63,494 bases of DNA from Octopus bimaculoides (Eukaryota), in the NCBI RefSeq assembly GCF_001194135.2, contig NC_068983.1, positions 152,342,071 through 152,405,564 on the forward strand, read 5' to 3'. Made by a program: the position numbers and the translations under genes. Below are positions 50,191 through 63,029 of this stretch, in pieces. The notes below the pieces were generated by a model. The model was not told where the DNA came from. It was given only the letters and a program-made list of their open reading frames with translations, and did no database searches. The number at the start of each line of letters is the position of its first letter. Position 1 is the stretch's first letter.

Positions 50191-52952
50191 AGAATTGTCA
50201 TTAAAGCGTTAGGTAGAATGTTTTACAATATATGTTCCATCCCCTGCGTTTTACGTTCAAATCTTACCGAGGTCAACTTTGCTTTTCAGGACACTGAAGT
50301 TGCTGAGTAATGTAATAATCTCCCAGTCAGTACTGAGCTAGATTCTTCTTCACTTTCTTTCTGAATGAAAAAAAAAAAACGAAGATAAGAAAAGGAACTG
50401 CTTCACCAGGATTTGATGCCGAAGGCATATCGTATTTTATGACATCGGTCCCATTACTCCGTTAGGCGCAGTGGGGTGTAGGTATGAGTGTATATGTGTG
50501 TGGTATGAGTGTATGAGTACGCGTGTTTACATGAACAAAATCGTAGTAATTAATACATAGAATGTCAAATACCTTTAATAGTATCGTCCATTTGTGATAT
50601 TTCAGGACTGGAAACCTCATCCCCAAGAATGCTGGGTAATCGTGAGAATGCACACTCAACCCCATGGACATCAGTAACATTTATAGATTATATTTTTCTT
50701 GCGCTTTTTGATATTGCATTATATATCAATTAGAAATATAAAGGGTGAAGGAATTATTAAGTATGGCACAGAAGTGCTAATTTAAATAAATTAAAATTAG
50801 TAAATAAGTTGATCAGATAAAATTACGAGAGTAACTTTGAGTTTGTTATATTTTATTGTGAGTTACCAGCATGCTTAACGAATACATAACAAAGGCGATA
50901 GTGACAGAATGCGTCTTATAGTGGTATAATATTTTCCTGGCAAATTGTAAAGTTTTGATCCAATTAATCAGAAAGTAGCGAAATCTTCCAATGTGTCAGT
51001 AGTCATTTGTCAATATGGTGACAGTTTTTGAAAATCTCTGATCTGACGTTTTAATAGTATGTGGATTATTAAAGTTGTTTTCTATAAGACTCTTTTCAGC
51101 TATGCATAATTCATGACTTTTTGTACTATTTCTGTATAGTCTGTATCTCTTGAATAGATTTGCTGCATTCTTCTTTTCAATATACTTGGAAGAAGTATGA
51201 TTGAAATGTCGTTTAAATATATTCTTTTTACTCTATCTACATAATGTCTGCGTACAATATTTTGCTTTGGTTGGAGCGGTGACTTCAACGTTGCATGGTC
51301 GATTAAGAGGAACATTCGTTTATATTACTGGATATGCAGTTTGCCTTGATTAACTAAGTTCATATCCTTTTTATTAAGTTTTCTTACTCTTGTTTTAGGC
51401 GTAGCTTACTTGAAAGTTATGTGTATTAAATAACTTTTACTGTTCTGCGTTATGGAGGGAACGCTTATTTATAAACGACTGACAGTTTTTGCAATGTGGT
51501 TCTTGCCATTTAAGCCATTCTTGGCTATATCAGATAATTATTCTGCGGTATCTCTTCTTACTATCAGATGGCACGCAAGATTATAGGAATTTCGTTATAT
51601 CATGTCTGAATCTCTCAGCTAGCTACTACTACGGCGTGAAGACACGATAATACTTCCAAGATGGTTCCTCTAAGAGTTTTGGAGCAAGACCTCTTTGAAT
51701 CCAACATTCCAGACATGATACTCAACTTAAATGCTCTTCAGATTAAAATACATTTCAAAGTGAACTTGACTCTAATATGAAGAAAGTTAAGAATAAAAAT
51801 TAAAAAAACAGCAAAAATTCATATTCTGATATAAAAATAAAACACTTTATGAAGTAAAAATTAGTACCTGAAACAAATCCCTAAATAAAGCTATCCCAAA
51901 CTATAAAATCTTAGCGTAAACAATAGGCCAAAAATATGTCACAAAATTAAGTTATATTATACATTAAAATATTTACACAAATGTACAGTGTACACTCTAT
52001 GAGTTGTTTAGTCACATCAAATAGCATGTCACCATTACATTGACCGAAACACTTTCTAAAAAATATAGTAAAGACTTGCTAGCGTGCATGGTAACTCTAA
52101 TTTCAAATCGCCAATAGGGGTAAAATTCTAATCTAATCAATTAGTAAGATTACACTAAGTCAAACTGTGTAAACTTTCGATTTATTTATTGTCTATGTTT
52201 GAAAGATCGATGGAATACTATGAAGCTATTTTCAATAATTTTAAACTCGTGGCTAGATTAATTATTTGCAATAGTCGCGTTTAAAATATATTTAGTATAT
52301 TTACTAAGTAGATATATTTTGTTTGATGCGGGGTCAATTAACCTATACTGGAGTAAACTTGAAGACAATCATTATAATCTTGAAATGTAATTTGGCATTC
52401 ATGTTGCAAAACGTTCGGCTCTATGATCTATTTTAAACTTGATGGCTCATGTGAGGATACTTATTTTCTGTACGCAACTGTAATGTTGCTTGAAAGAAGG
52501 TGAGACTATATAAGTATTTTCTTCTCATAAATGTATTGTTTGTTAGAATGAATAAGTAGTTTTCGAATTATTAAGTGCTGTTTTATCTTTCTTTCACCGC
52601 TCTTGAAAGGTGTTTATGTGAGAATAAATCTTGCCTTTCTTATCTCAAATAAAACGCACTCAAAATCCTTCAGTAATTTGTTACTCGGAGGGTGTGTGGA
52701 ATTTTGTGTCTTAAGGCCATATGTTTAGTCACTAGAGACATCGAAGAATTATGATTCTATCGCATTTTCCTTATCTAGCTTCCCGTTTGCTTTCTATTAA
52801 AATGCTTTACATATGCATTTCCAGAAAAGTAGGAATGTTCAGTCTTGAATATGGCACTGACTGCTAGTTAAGAATCTTGTATGTACAGCTCTCGAAAATT
52901 AAGAGGCATACCTGTATACATGCACGTTGGTGCAACTGTTCACATACATACA

Positions 52953-52990
<38 letters not shown>

Positions 52991-53005
52991 NNNNNNNNNN
53001 ATATA

Positions 53006-53041
<36 letters not shown>

Positions 53042-54101
53042 ACATATGGTAGAATTATAAACAGGGCAAATTTTATTGGGTTCTCATCAGAGGCGTCTAC
53101 ACCATTCTGACAGTTTCTAGAGAACAAGCAGCCAAACTCTTTATATACTCAACAAATGCAGCAGTTACTCTATGAAGGAGTCCCTAATTTGCATACCGAA
53201 AGTGTTTAATACTATATAAATACCAGCGGCCTGTTATCGGGGCCTCAAAATAATAACTGTAATTAATAATGTACACCGCACAACTTGAACAATTAACTCT
53301 CCGAAAGTTTGCCACAGATATACTAACAATAACAAGACTCTTATCTCTGGTATTATCAGAAATGAAACTACTTTCTTTCCTTCTAGCACATAATCAACAT
53401 CAATCCAATTGACCCACTATCCTTTCATACACACTTGAAGGCAAATGTCTTAGTAAGAAATGTTATACTGTATTAATTTAAATTTGACAGTTCTAATTAA
53501 AAAAGATAATTTAGTCTAAAGAGAACGTGACTTTGAAACTAAATACACGCACAAGGCATAACGTTTTCGTAACCAGGAAAGATAAATGCATCAACTCTTT
53601 CTTATATCATGTTTAAAGAATGAAAAGCAAATGTATTACTAAATTTAAGATAATGTAGTGAAAGTTTTAATTTGTCTGACCATATTCTTGAAGAAATAGG
53701 TCGTGATGGTTGTGTTCCTNNNNNNNNNNNNNNNNNNNNNNNNNNNNNNNNNNNNNNNNNNNNNNNNNNNNNNNNNNNNNNNNNNNNNNNNNNNNNNNNN
53801 NNNNNNNNNNNNNNNNNNNNNNNNNNNNNNNNNNNNNNNNNNNNNNNNNNNNNNNNNNNNNNNNNNNNNNNNNNNNNNNNNNNNNNNNNNNNNNNNNNNN
53901 NNNNNNNNNNNNNNNNNNNNNNNNNNNNNNNNNNNNNNNNNNNNNNNNNNNNNNNNNNNNNNNNNNNNNNNNNNNNNAAAACCGTTACTCTGAGTTTCAC
54001 GTTCCCGTTCATCGGACAGTTTTAAATAAAGCATATTACTCTACCTCTGGTATTTGAGTACTCTTTTTTCCACCTTGTTGCACATTTCATGTGCTTACTC
54101 C

Positions 54102-54136
<35 letters not shown>

Positions 54137-54143
54137 GCACATA

Positions 54144-54950
54144 CAGGCTGTTTCAAAAAGTTTTGTATCATTTCACAATCTAATAACTTTGCCAGTTCTT
54201 GTTCAAATGACTTCAAATTTAACAGCATATGTAGAAACAAGTCAAAATTTTATGTTTAATGTTTGATATGTTTATCTTTTCAGGTATAGAAATTGCATTC
54301 ACTGGAAGAAAAGGGGGTTTTGTGTGTTGAAGTATGCTCGAACACAGTCGAACAAGACTGTGTAGCGGGCATTTGTAAGAGAGTTCTCGAAAAAGTCACC
54401 AGCGGCAATGCAGATTTAGACATGGCATAAAAAATTCAAAGAAGAAGGCTGTCTGTGCAGAGCGAAAGGATCTGGACTAACATAGGAAGAGACGGTCGAG
54501 CGGGTTCGCCAAAAACTCTTGCGAAGCCCCAAGAAGTCCATAAGAAGAAGAAGAAGTCTGGAAACCCAGATTTCTCCAACGACAGTTTAACACTTGCTAA
54601 TGAAACCCTACAGACTGCAACACGTGCAGGCCATAACGGCAGATGACAAGCGAAAGCGCAAAAATGGGGCTATGTGAAGGGCCTGGTCTATGACTCCTTC
54701 TTCCTGCAAACCTAGAGGAACTAGAGCAGATAATCACTACCACACTGGAGGCTGTTACCCAAGACATGCTGCAGCCTGTTTGGAAGGAGCTGGACTACCG
54801 ACTTGACGTATGCCGTGTCTCAGGCGGTACGCATGTTGAACATTTGTGAAATCGTTCACGGAATCCACATACCTTTGAATTTGTCGTTCAAATTTTGGAG
54901 GAATAAATCTTATGTTACTTAACATTAAGCTTGTTTAGTTTCATTTGCTT
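54144..54950 (+). mobile_element. Tc1/mariner (rosa/maT-like) internally deleted element; right TIR not found
   Basis: Left end TA-CAGGCTGTTTCAAAAAG; FCVLKYARTQSNKTV.RAFVREF..WHKKFKEEGCLCRAKGSG and WGYVKGLVY..NLEEL..DMLQPVWKELDYRLDVCRVSGGTHVEHL. Confidence 0.75.
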
Positions 54951-56039
54951 TGACTATGTAGTTTCTTATTTCTTTACTGCCCACAAGGGGTTACACAGAG
55001 AGGGGACAAAAAGGGACAGACAAACGGATTAAGCCGATTATATCGACCCCNNNNNNNNNNNNNNNNNNNNNNNNNNNNNNNNNNNNNNNNNNNNNNNNNN
55101 NNNNNNNNNNNNNNNNNNNNNNNNNNNNNNNNNNNNNNNNNNNNNNNNNNNNNNNNNNNNNNNNNNNNNNNNNNNNNNNNNNNNNNNNNNNNNNNNNNNN
55201 NNNNNNNNNNNNNNNNNNNNNNNNNNNNNNNNNNNNNNNNNNNNNNNNNNNNNNNNNNNNNNNNNNNNNNNNNNNNNNNNNNNNNNNNNNNNNNNNNNNN
55301 NNNNNNNNNNNNNNNNNNNNNNNNNNNNNNNNNNNNNNNNNNNNNNNNNNNNNNNNNNNNNNNNNNNNNNNNNNNNNNNNNNNNNNNNNNNNNNNNNNNN
55401 NNNNNNNNNNNNNNNNNNNNNNNNNNNNNNNNNNNNNNNNNNNNNNNNNNNNNNNNNNNNNNNNNNNNNNNNNNNNNNNNNNNNNNNNNNNNNNNNNNNN
55501 NNNNNNNNNNNNNNNNNNNNNNNNNNNNNNNNNNNNNNNNNNNNNNNNNNNNNNNNNNNNNNNNNNNNNNNNNNNNNNNNNNNNNNNNNNNNNNNNNNNN
55601 NNNNNNNNNNNNNNNNNNNNNNNNNNNNNNNNNNNNNNNNNNNNNNNNNNNNNNNNNNNNNNNNNNNNNNNNNNNNNNNNNNNNNNNNNNNNNNNNNNNN
55701 NNNNNNNNNNNNNNNNNNNNNNNNNNNNNNNNNNNNNNNNNNNNNNNNNNNNNNNNNNNNNNNNNNNNNNNNNNNNNNNNNNNNNNNNNNNNNNNNNNNN
55801 NNNNNNNNNNNNNNNNNNNNNNNNNNNNNNNNNNNNNNNNNNNNNNNNNNNNNNNNNNNNNNNNNNNNNNNNNNNNNNNNNNNNNNNNNNNNNNNNNNNN
55901 NNNNNNNNNNNNNNNNNNNNNNNNNNNNNNNNNNNNNNNNNNNNNNNNNNNNNNNNNNNNNNNNNNNNNNNNNNNNNNNNNNNNNNNNNNNNNNNNNNNN
56001 NNNNTATATATATATATATATATATATACATATATATAA

Positions 56040-56380
56040 TTTTATTCTTTTACACTTTTCAGCTCGAAACACCGCCAGTATAATCACCTTTTCAATGGCC
56101 AATCTTAAGTGATTGGCCTTTGGTGAAGGAGGGAGTTCGATATTACTGCCCTCTTTTGAGTCTCCTACCTTGATATTGGTTCGTCTGGGACCTTGGATAG
56201 CAAGACGTGAAGTTGTTTCTTAAAAACATCTACCCCTACTCCATGAAGATCCCTCAGATGTTCTGACAACGCGTTTAGCTGTGGGCCCTTGAATCTCAAG
56301 CTATTGCAGTACATGGTCCTCACTCTAACTAGGAAAAATGGGAAATTTGCAACGGGTTCTGCTATAGCTCTCGATTCCAA
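56040..56380 (-). mobile_element. CR1/L2-group LINE 3' end
   Basis: YCNSLRFKGPQL.NALSEHLRDLHGVGVDVFKKQLHVLLSKVPDEP. Confidence 0.65.
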
Positions 56381-56509
56381 TGTCTGGTGCCAACTCCTCC
56401 AGTATCTTCCACATTATATCACTACACACCTCTCTCTGTCTCACTCTCTCTCTGTCTGTCTCTGTCTGTCTCTCTGTTTCTGTCTGTCTGTCTGTCTCTC
56501 TCTCGCTAC

Positions 56510-56552
<43 letters not shown>

Positions 56553-56652
56553 NNNNNNNNNNNNNNNNNNNNNNNNNNNNNNNNNNNNNNNNNNNNNNNN
56601 NNNNNNNNNNNNNNNNNNNNNNNNNNNNNNNNNNNNNNNNNNNNNNNNNNNN

Positions 56653-56740
56653 AGCAAACCACAGCACATACCCAAGGCGCACAGAGTTGCGCTCGGTAGT
56701 GATGTGAAAGCACGTTATAAAACTAAAACTACTGAACAAT
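56653..56740 (+). mobile_element. 3' UTR of the same R4/Dong element as 26960-27934
   Basis: AGCAAACCACAGCACATACCCAAGGCGCACAGAG...AAAACTACTGAAC + (AAT)n. Confidence 0.8.
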
Positions 56741-56953
56741 AATAATGATAATAATAATAAAAATAATAATCCTTTCTACTATCGGCACAAGGCCTGAAAT
56801 TTGGGGAGCAGGGACAAGTCGATGACATCGAGCCCGGTGCTCAGCTGGTACTTAATTTATCGACCCCGAAAGCATGAAAGGCAAAATAGACCTCGACAGA
56901 ATTTGAACTCAGAACATAGCGACGTGCAAAATAACGCGAAGCATTTTTCCGGT

Positions 56954-56987
<34 letters not shown>

Positions 56988-56989
<2 letters not shown>

Positions 56990-57506
56990 GAAGAGTGCCA
57001 TTTGTTATCTAGTGAACGATATTTCGACATCTCGTGTGTCTTCAACTGGTTCAAAAAATAAATTTGTCAATCTACTTCATTTTGGTTAATATAGAAAGGA
57101 TTGAGGTAACTCCTCCTGAAGATATAGAGTCAAAATTAAAAGAAGAGTGCCATTTGTTATCTAGTGAACGATATTTCGACATCTCGTGTGTCTTCAACTG
57201 GTTCAAANNNNNNNNNNNNNNNNNNNNNNNNAAAATGAAGTAGATTGACAAATTTATTTTTTGAACCAGTTGAAGACACACGAGATGTCGAAATATCGTT
57301 CACTAGATAACAAATGGCACTCTTCTTTTAATTTTGACTCTATATCTTCAGGAGGAGTTACCTCAATCCTTTCTATATTAACCAAAATGAAGTAGATTGA
57401 CAAATTTATTTTTTGAACCAGTTGAAGACACACGAGATGTCGAAATATCGTTCACTAGATAAATGGCACTCTTCTTTTAATTTTGACTCTATATCTTCCT
57501 TTCTAT

Positions 57507-57509
<3 letters not shown>
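56988..57509. repeat. 152-bp tandem repeat in two oppositely oriented blocks across a 24-N gap; each unit carries a hammerhead-like motif
   Basis: Unit period is 152 (56991 vs 57143; 57262 vs 57414). The right block is the reverse complement of the left block. Flanked by (AAT)n. Confidence 0.85.
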
Positions 57510-57562
<53 letters not shown>

Positions 57563-58860
57563 TAATAATAATGGTTTCAAATCAAATTTTGGCCCAAGGC
57601 CAGCAATTTTGAGGAGGAATTAGTCGATTAGATGGACCCCTGTGTTCAGTTGGTGCTTATGTTATCAACCCCGAAAGGATGAAAGGTTAAAACACATGGG
57701 TAGTAATCGTTCTTACATGGACAACGCTCTTTTCAATACGTGTGAAGTATCAGTTAAAGCATTTCTTGCAGGGGTGGTTAGCCAGGAATTATTCTCAAAT
57801 AATTTTCAGTTCCTTTTTTAATCATTCCTAGTGCTCCTACAGTCACTGGTATTGTAACTGTCTTGAGATGTTTTCAATTTTAATGAGCAAATCTTCATAT
57901 TTTCTCAGTTTATCAATTTTTTTTTGCTGAGATCACAATGAATATTCATGTCAAGAATAATAATAGTTTCAAATTTATGAACAATGCCAACAATCTCAGG
58001 CAGGGATAAGTCAATTACATCAATCCCACTGTTCGACCGGTTCGGTTTGGATACCGAAAGGATGAAAGATAAAGTCGTTAAAAATAAGAATAAGAAAAGA
58101 TTTCGGGCGCAATATAATTTGATTCAATCCACCATTTAATATTAGCCCATGAACATACGTAACCTGAAACTTCTTAATGGAAAGAAAGAAACACTTTTCT
58201 CAATCCCCTGATTTGTATGAGAAAACTGGGAGGCCTTTCCGTTCTCGAGTGACCAATTACAAACAGCTGCTAGATATCCTTCAAAATCATGTTGGTAATG
58301 TAGATTCACATGAACGACTCTGCAAACAATGGTGATCATCATGAATATGACGATGGCTTATACTCTATGTGTATGCTTGCATACATACATACATACATGC
58401 ATACATACATACATGCATACATACATGCATACATACATATACATGTGAACCGAAGAATAAAAAAAAACCTACAGCGGAATTTGAACTCAGAACTTGAAAA
58501 CGGACGAAATGCCACTAAGCATTTTTCCCGGCACACTAACAATTCTGTCAGCTCACTTCCTTGAATACGTCTAATAATGTTTGTGTTACATATAACGTAT
58601 AGGTGATGGGTGACCTACCTGTAAAATGATTTATTTATAGGTATCAAGTGCATGTGGCGTACATTAACTCACTCCCTCCATTAAATTGACGCTGTCTCTA
58701 CAGTTGCGCGGTGGTCAGGTGTCAGATGTCGAAGTGATCGCAGTATAACGTGATATGAACACGGTGCACTACCCTGCCTAGGAACTGAACCCACAACCTC
58801 TCGATCGTAAATGCAGCAGCTTAACTAGGCTATGCGCCATCACACACATATATATATATT

Positions 58861-58914
<54 letters not shown>

Positions 58915-59363
58915 GTATATTTGTATGTACGTATGTCTTTTACTGGTTCGTTTACCGTATTTCTTTTCAATGCTACATTGTGCATATATAAATAGATTAT
59001 TTGTGACAGCTTATATAAGAAACAGATGTAAACATTTCACTGTTATATAAAATATCTTCAAAACTGAAAAACAAACCTGACTATTTGTCATTCTCTGTTG
59101 GGATTTCATCAACAACTTAGTATTTTCCTTGACTGTTTACGAAAGAAATGCTTATAAACCTACTACGACTAACAGCTTGAGTAAACCGTGTAAATTGTTT
59201 TGCATATATAACGTATTCTTGGCACATATTTCAATTAATAAATTATTGATGAATGTCCCCGACGATACTCTGTTTAAATACATGGCATTTGTAAGTCTTT
59301 ACATAGAGTATTGGCTAAAATCTATAGATACTGCAGTACAATAGAGCACTGTAACAACACTGC

Positions 59364-59419
<56 letters not shown>

Positions 59420-59581
59420 CACATACATCTACAATATCTCGGTGAGGGATAAGGTGTATTTTAAGCATTGATTAATGAAATTTATCGATCAATTATAGAG
59501 TCATTGTATTTTCTCTACAAGCCTCATTTATGCTAGAGATTAACCAATAGCTTTTACCAAATCACTTGACTGATCCTACAA

Positions 59582-59632
<51 letters not shown>

Positions 59633-59633
<1 letters not shown>

Positions 59634-60190
59634 GAGTGAAAGAGCAGTGCATGCCATTGAAGTGACACTGGGGTAAAATATATGAAGCCCGGTATACCTA
59701 TCATGACTACCCGTCTGATAAGGGTACATCAGGCACATGCACCACAACCATATGTGTACTACATGGTGATCTCATATCAAGATTAACAGTGAATGACCTT
59801 ACAGGCGGGACCTAGTTAGAATTTTCTTCAGGTCTAGTATCCCATCCCGCTCAAAGGGTCCCTGAATAAGAGTTGTTTAAGGATGTTGAATGAAACACCC
59901 ATGTTTCCAAAAGTGAATTATTTAAACCCCAAATAGTCCCTCTCAGCACGTGGCTATGATGCTCCCCTCCCCACTACTTCTGCTCGTGATCAGAGATGCA
60001 CATATCGTCAGCCACTAAGTGACATGCTTAACTGGTTAAGGTCTAACAACTGACGAGCAAATCTGTGGTATTGAGTAGAATATTTGCTGTAGCCCATCTT
60101 TTACACCAAGACCAAACAACGTACATAACACTTTCAATCAGTTAAAATCAGAAGCCATGGCAGCCACTGCTTGGTACTGCGTCATGGCAT
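59633..60190 (-). mobile_element. About 560-bp non-coding interspersed element embedded in (ATT)n
   Basis: Unique-complexity block with (ATT)n on both sides (59582-59632 and 60192-60245); no ORF recognised. Confidence 0.5.
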
Positions 60191-61084
60191 TTATAATTAT
60201 AATTATAATTATAATTATAATAATAATAATTATTATTATTATTATTGCTACAATAATCTATCTATCTATCTATCTATCTATCTGTGAGTCAGTCAGTCAA
60301 TTATCAGTCTGTCTGTATATATGTCTACCTATTTATCCACGTGTATGTGCGTGCATGCTTGTGTGTATTGCGTGTGTGTGTGTGTGCGTGTGTCCAGAAA
60401 AATGCCTTTGTAGATGTTATGGTAAAATAAAAAAATAAAAAAAATAACAATATACTTTAGTGCAAGGCGAAACGAATTTGGCTTGGAAGCCAAAACGTTA
60501 GATACATATTTCGCTGTGGATGCTGCTGGCCGATGGCACTTACTAGTTTCCCTTCCGAAAGAGGTTCAAATCACCCGGCCTGAAGTATATAGAGATAGTA
60601 TATAAAGTATACATAAGTTTGAAAAAAATTCAAATAACGCAACAAAAAGCAGCTCTATAGAAAAAGAACTTTATCAATACTTGACGTATGTGTGTCATTC
60701 AAAAGCCAGGCGCGGCAACTTTTCCTCCGAGAAAAAAAAAAACCCCTTTATAGACGTATTGTGTTAAAAAAAACAAGATATACTTCAGGTTATAAACGAA
60801 ACGAAACCACTCCAGAAGCGATTGTGAGAATAACACGTACATACATACATATATAATACTTGCATGATTGTCCCGTGCCCCAATGATATGTTAATTCGAA
60901 TAAAAGAGCTTCGTTTTTGAGATAGCAACCGGCCTTTTCTGTATTATCGAGAAATTCTTAGAAACATGAAAATAAACTACATAACTCATGTCTCAGAGAG
61001 TAGTACAAATAGAAGCAATTTTTACGAAATTATGTATTAGCAATCGAAATATTAAGGCTGCAAGTATTATTAATCGAAAAACTA

Positions 61085-61295
61085 AGGCTGTCAGCTGCCA
61101 GAATCGATAATACACCGGACAAAATGCTCAGCAGCATTTCGTCAGTCCTTACATTCTGAGTTCAAATTCCACGGAGGTCGACTTTGCATTTCATTTTTTC
61201 GGAATCTATAAATTAAAGATCAGTGGAGTAATGGGGTCCATGTAATCAACTATTCCCCCTAAATTTCAGGCCTTGTGCCTTTAGTAGAAAGGATT
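61085..61295 (+). mobile_element. Family-A SINE
   Basis: Matches the family-A consensus. Confidence 0.8.
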
Positions 61296-61380
61296 TTAAT
61301 CGAAATATTTCTATGCGGGAGATCCATGGTTGGGCGGGCAGTACTATATCTATGTACTTATATATATATATATATATATA

Positions 61381-62097
61381 TAAACTTAGATAAACTTAGA
61401 TATGTTTCGACCAAAGATTGGTCCAGGCCATGTCTAACCTAATAGCATCACCTGATAGGATTATCTAAATCCATTTTAAGTCAAGTTTCATTTATGGTTC
61501 ATTCAAATAGGGAGTTCTTGTTGAGTGAGTTGTATCCAGGTATGGGTGGTTTATCTGGTATTCCTTGGAGAAATCTGTCCAGACTCCGTTTAAAGGTGAT
61601 GGGATCCTTTTCCTNNNNNNNNNNAAATCTGTCCAGACTCCGTTTAAAGGTGATGGGATCCTTTTCCTCTTTGATCAGTTTTGGGACAATGTTAAACAGG
61701 GCAGGGCCTGTTGCGGAAAAGAAATTATGTCGCAGTGTTCCTATATGTTGTAATCTTTAATTTGGCAGGGGACGTATGGCGCGTGGTCCCAGCCTTGGAT
61801 GAACCTTGAAACTAATGTTCAGGTCGTTTGGGCAATGCTGGCGGTATATTTTCCACATCGTGCAAATGATGTACCGAGTTTCAAGGCTTTAAGGCGGTCC
61901 TAGTAATCGAGATCAGTCATGCCTTCAATTCGTTTAGTGAGTGCCCTCTGGGGTGATTCAATCCTCGAGATGTTTTGCTTTGTATGGGGAGACCACATGG
62001 GGCAGCAGTATTCGAGGTGTGGCCGTACAAGGGAGGAGAAAAGTGGAATGATGACACCTTGTTCTCTGGACCGGAAGATTCTCATCCTACGAGCTAT
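61381..62097 (-). mobile_element. 5'-truncated CR1-clade LINE with stem-loop and tandem 3' tail
   Basis: IIPLFSSLVRPHLEYCCPMWSPH...RALTKRIEGM (CR1 RT C-terminus); 3' hairpin GACCA-ATCTT-TGGTC and (ATCTAAGTTT)2 tail. Confidence 0.8.
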
Positions 62098-62840
62098 ATC
62101 GTCCCGTCTGACCGAGGTACAGAGGACACGAAGATCAGGAGATGATGTAGATAATGTTGCTGGAAGCGCAGGTGAAGGTGACGATGATAAGTGCCTGTGA
62201 GGGTGGAGGTGCTGGCGCGGTAGGAGCAAGTGTGGCAGCGTGGGCGGGAATAGGGGAACGAGCCAGGTTGGGAGGTGGGGTTAGGGAGGAAACTATGGAC
62301 CAGGAGGTTGTAGGTTGTGGGTTCGTTTGAAGGATGGAAGAGGTAGGCTGGAGAACATGTGCGAAGTAGAGAGGTAGGGTAGAAGGGTGCTAGGTGAGGG
62401 GAAACAGAAGAGGGTAACGGTGGGGTTGGTGTGGGGAGAGAGAGCAGAGGTACTGTCCACGAAACGTACTCTGGCAAGTGCAGTGTGGATAGTGGTGAGG
62501 GGATATCCACGCACGAGTTAATACTGAGTCTCAAAGTCATAGTTGTCACTGCAGAGCCTGCGCAGATGGAAGAACTGGGAATAGTGGATAGAAAGCTTGG
62601 ATGGAGAGCTGGGTGATGGTAGTGGATGGAGATATTGAGCGTGGAGTTGTGTATGTTGACCGAAATGTTGAGAAAAGCGACGGAAGTGTTGGAAATGGTG
62701 CAAGAGAATTCGAGGGCAGGATGAACGGATTCGACAAAAGAGAGGAAGGAGTCTAGTTGTTCACTGGAGAGTGAGGTCGCGCCGATACAGTCATCAATAT
62801 AACAACCGTATAGTTCGGGAGTGGGACCAGTGAATCTTTA
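62098..62840 (-). mobile_element. Penelope-like element fragment (RT C-terminus + start of GIY-YIG endonuclease)
   Basis: LYGCYIDDCIG (YIDD at 62790-62801), SFVESVHPALEF, YSQFFHLRRLCSD, RGYP, PRCHTC, NIIYIIS..CPLYLGQTGR; frameshifted. Confidence 0.8.
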
Positions 62841-63029
62841 AAATATGTGGGCCTCAATGTAGCCAACCAACAGGTTCGCATAGTTGGAGCTCATTCTCGT
62901 TCCCATGGTCACTCCTGAGTGTAGTTGAGGGATGCGCATTTATAAGTATATGTATATGTGTGCGTGTGTGTATGTATGTATGTATGTATGTATGTATATA
63001 TATGTGTGTGTGTGTGTGTGTATGTGTGT

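Noticed and set aside
51100-51720. Short protein-like frames in unique sequence
   Set aside because: No recognisable homology or paired splice sites.
1338-56742. Long ORFs in the track containing X runs
   Set aside because: They are artefacts of translating N gaps and flanking microsatellites.
57105-57150. CTGAAGA on the opposite strand of the 152-bp unit as a second hammerhead
   Set aside because: No stem II and no GAAA box in register.
61395-61440. GACCA/TGGTC hairpin followed by GAAAC as a hammerhead
   Set aside because: No CUGANGA box; better explained as the CR1 3' stem-loop before its tandem tail.
61571-61665. Direct repeat flanking a 10-N gap
   Set aside because: Identical sequence on both sides of a small gap indicates an unmerged contig overlap.
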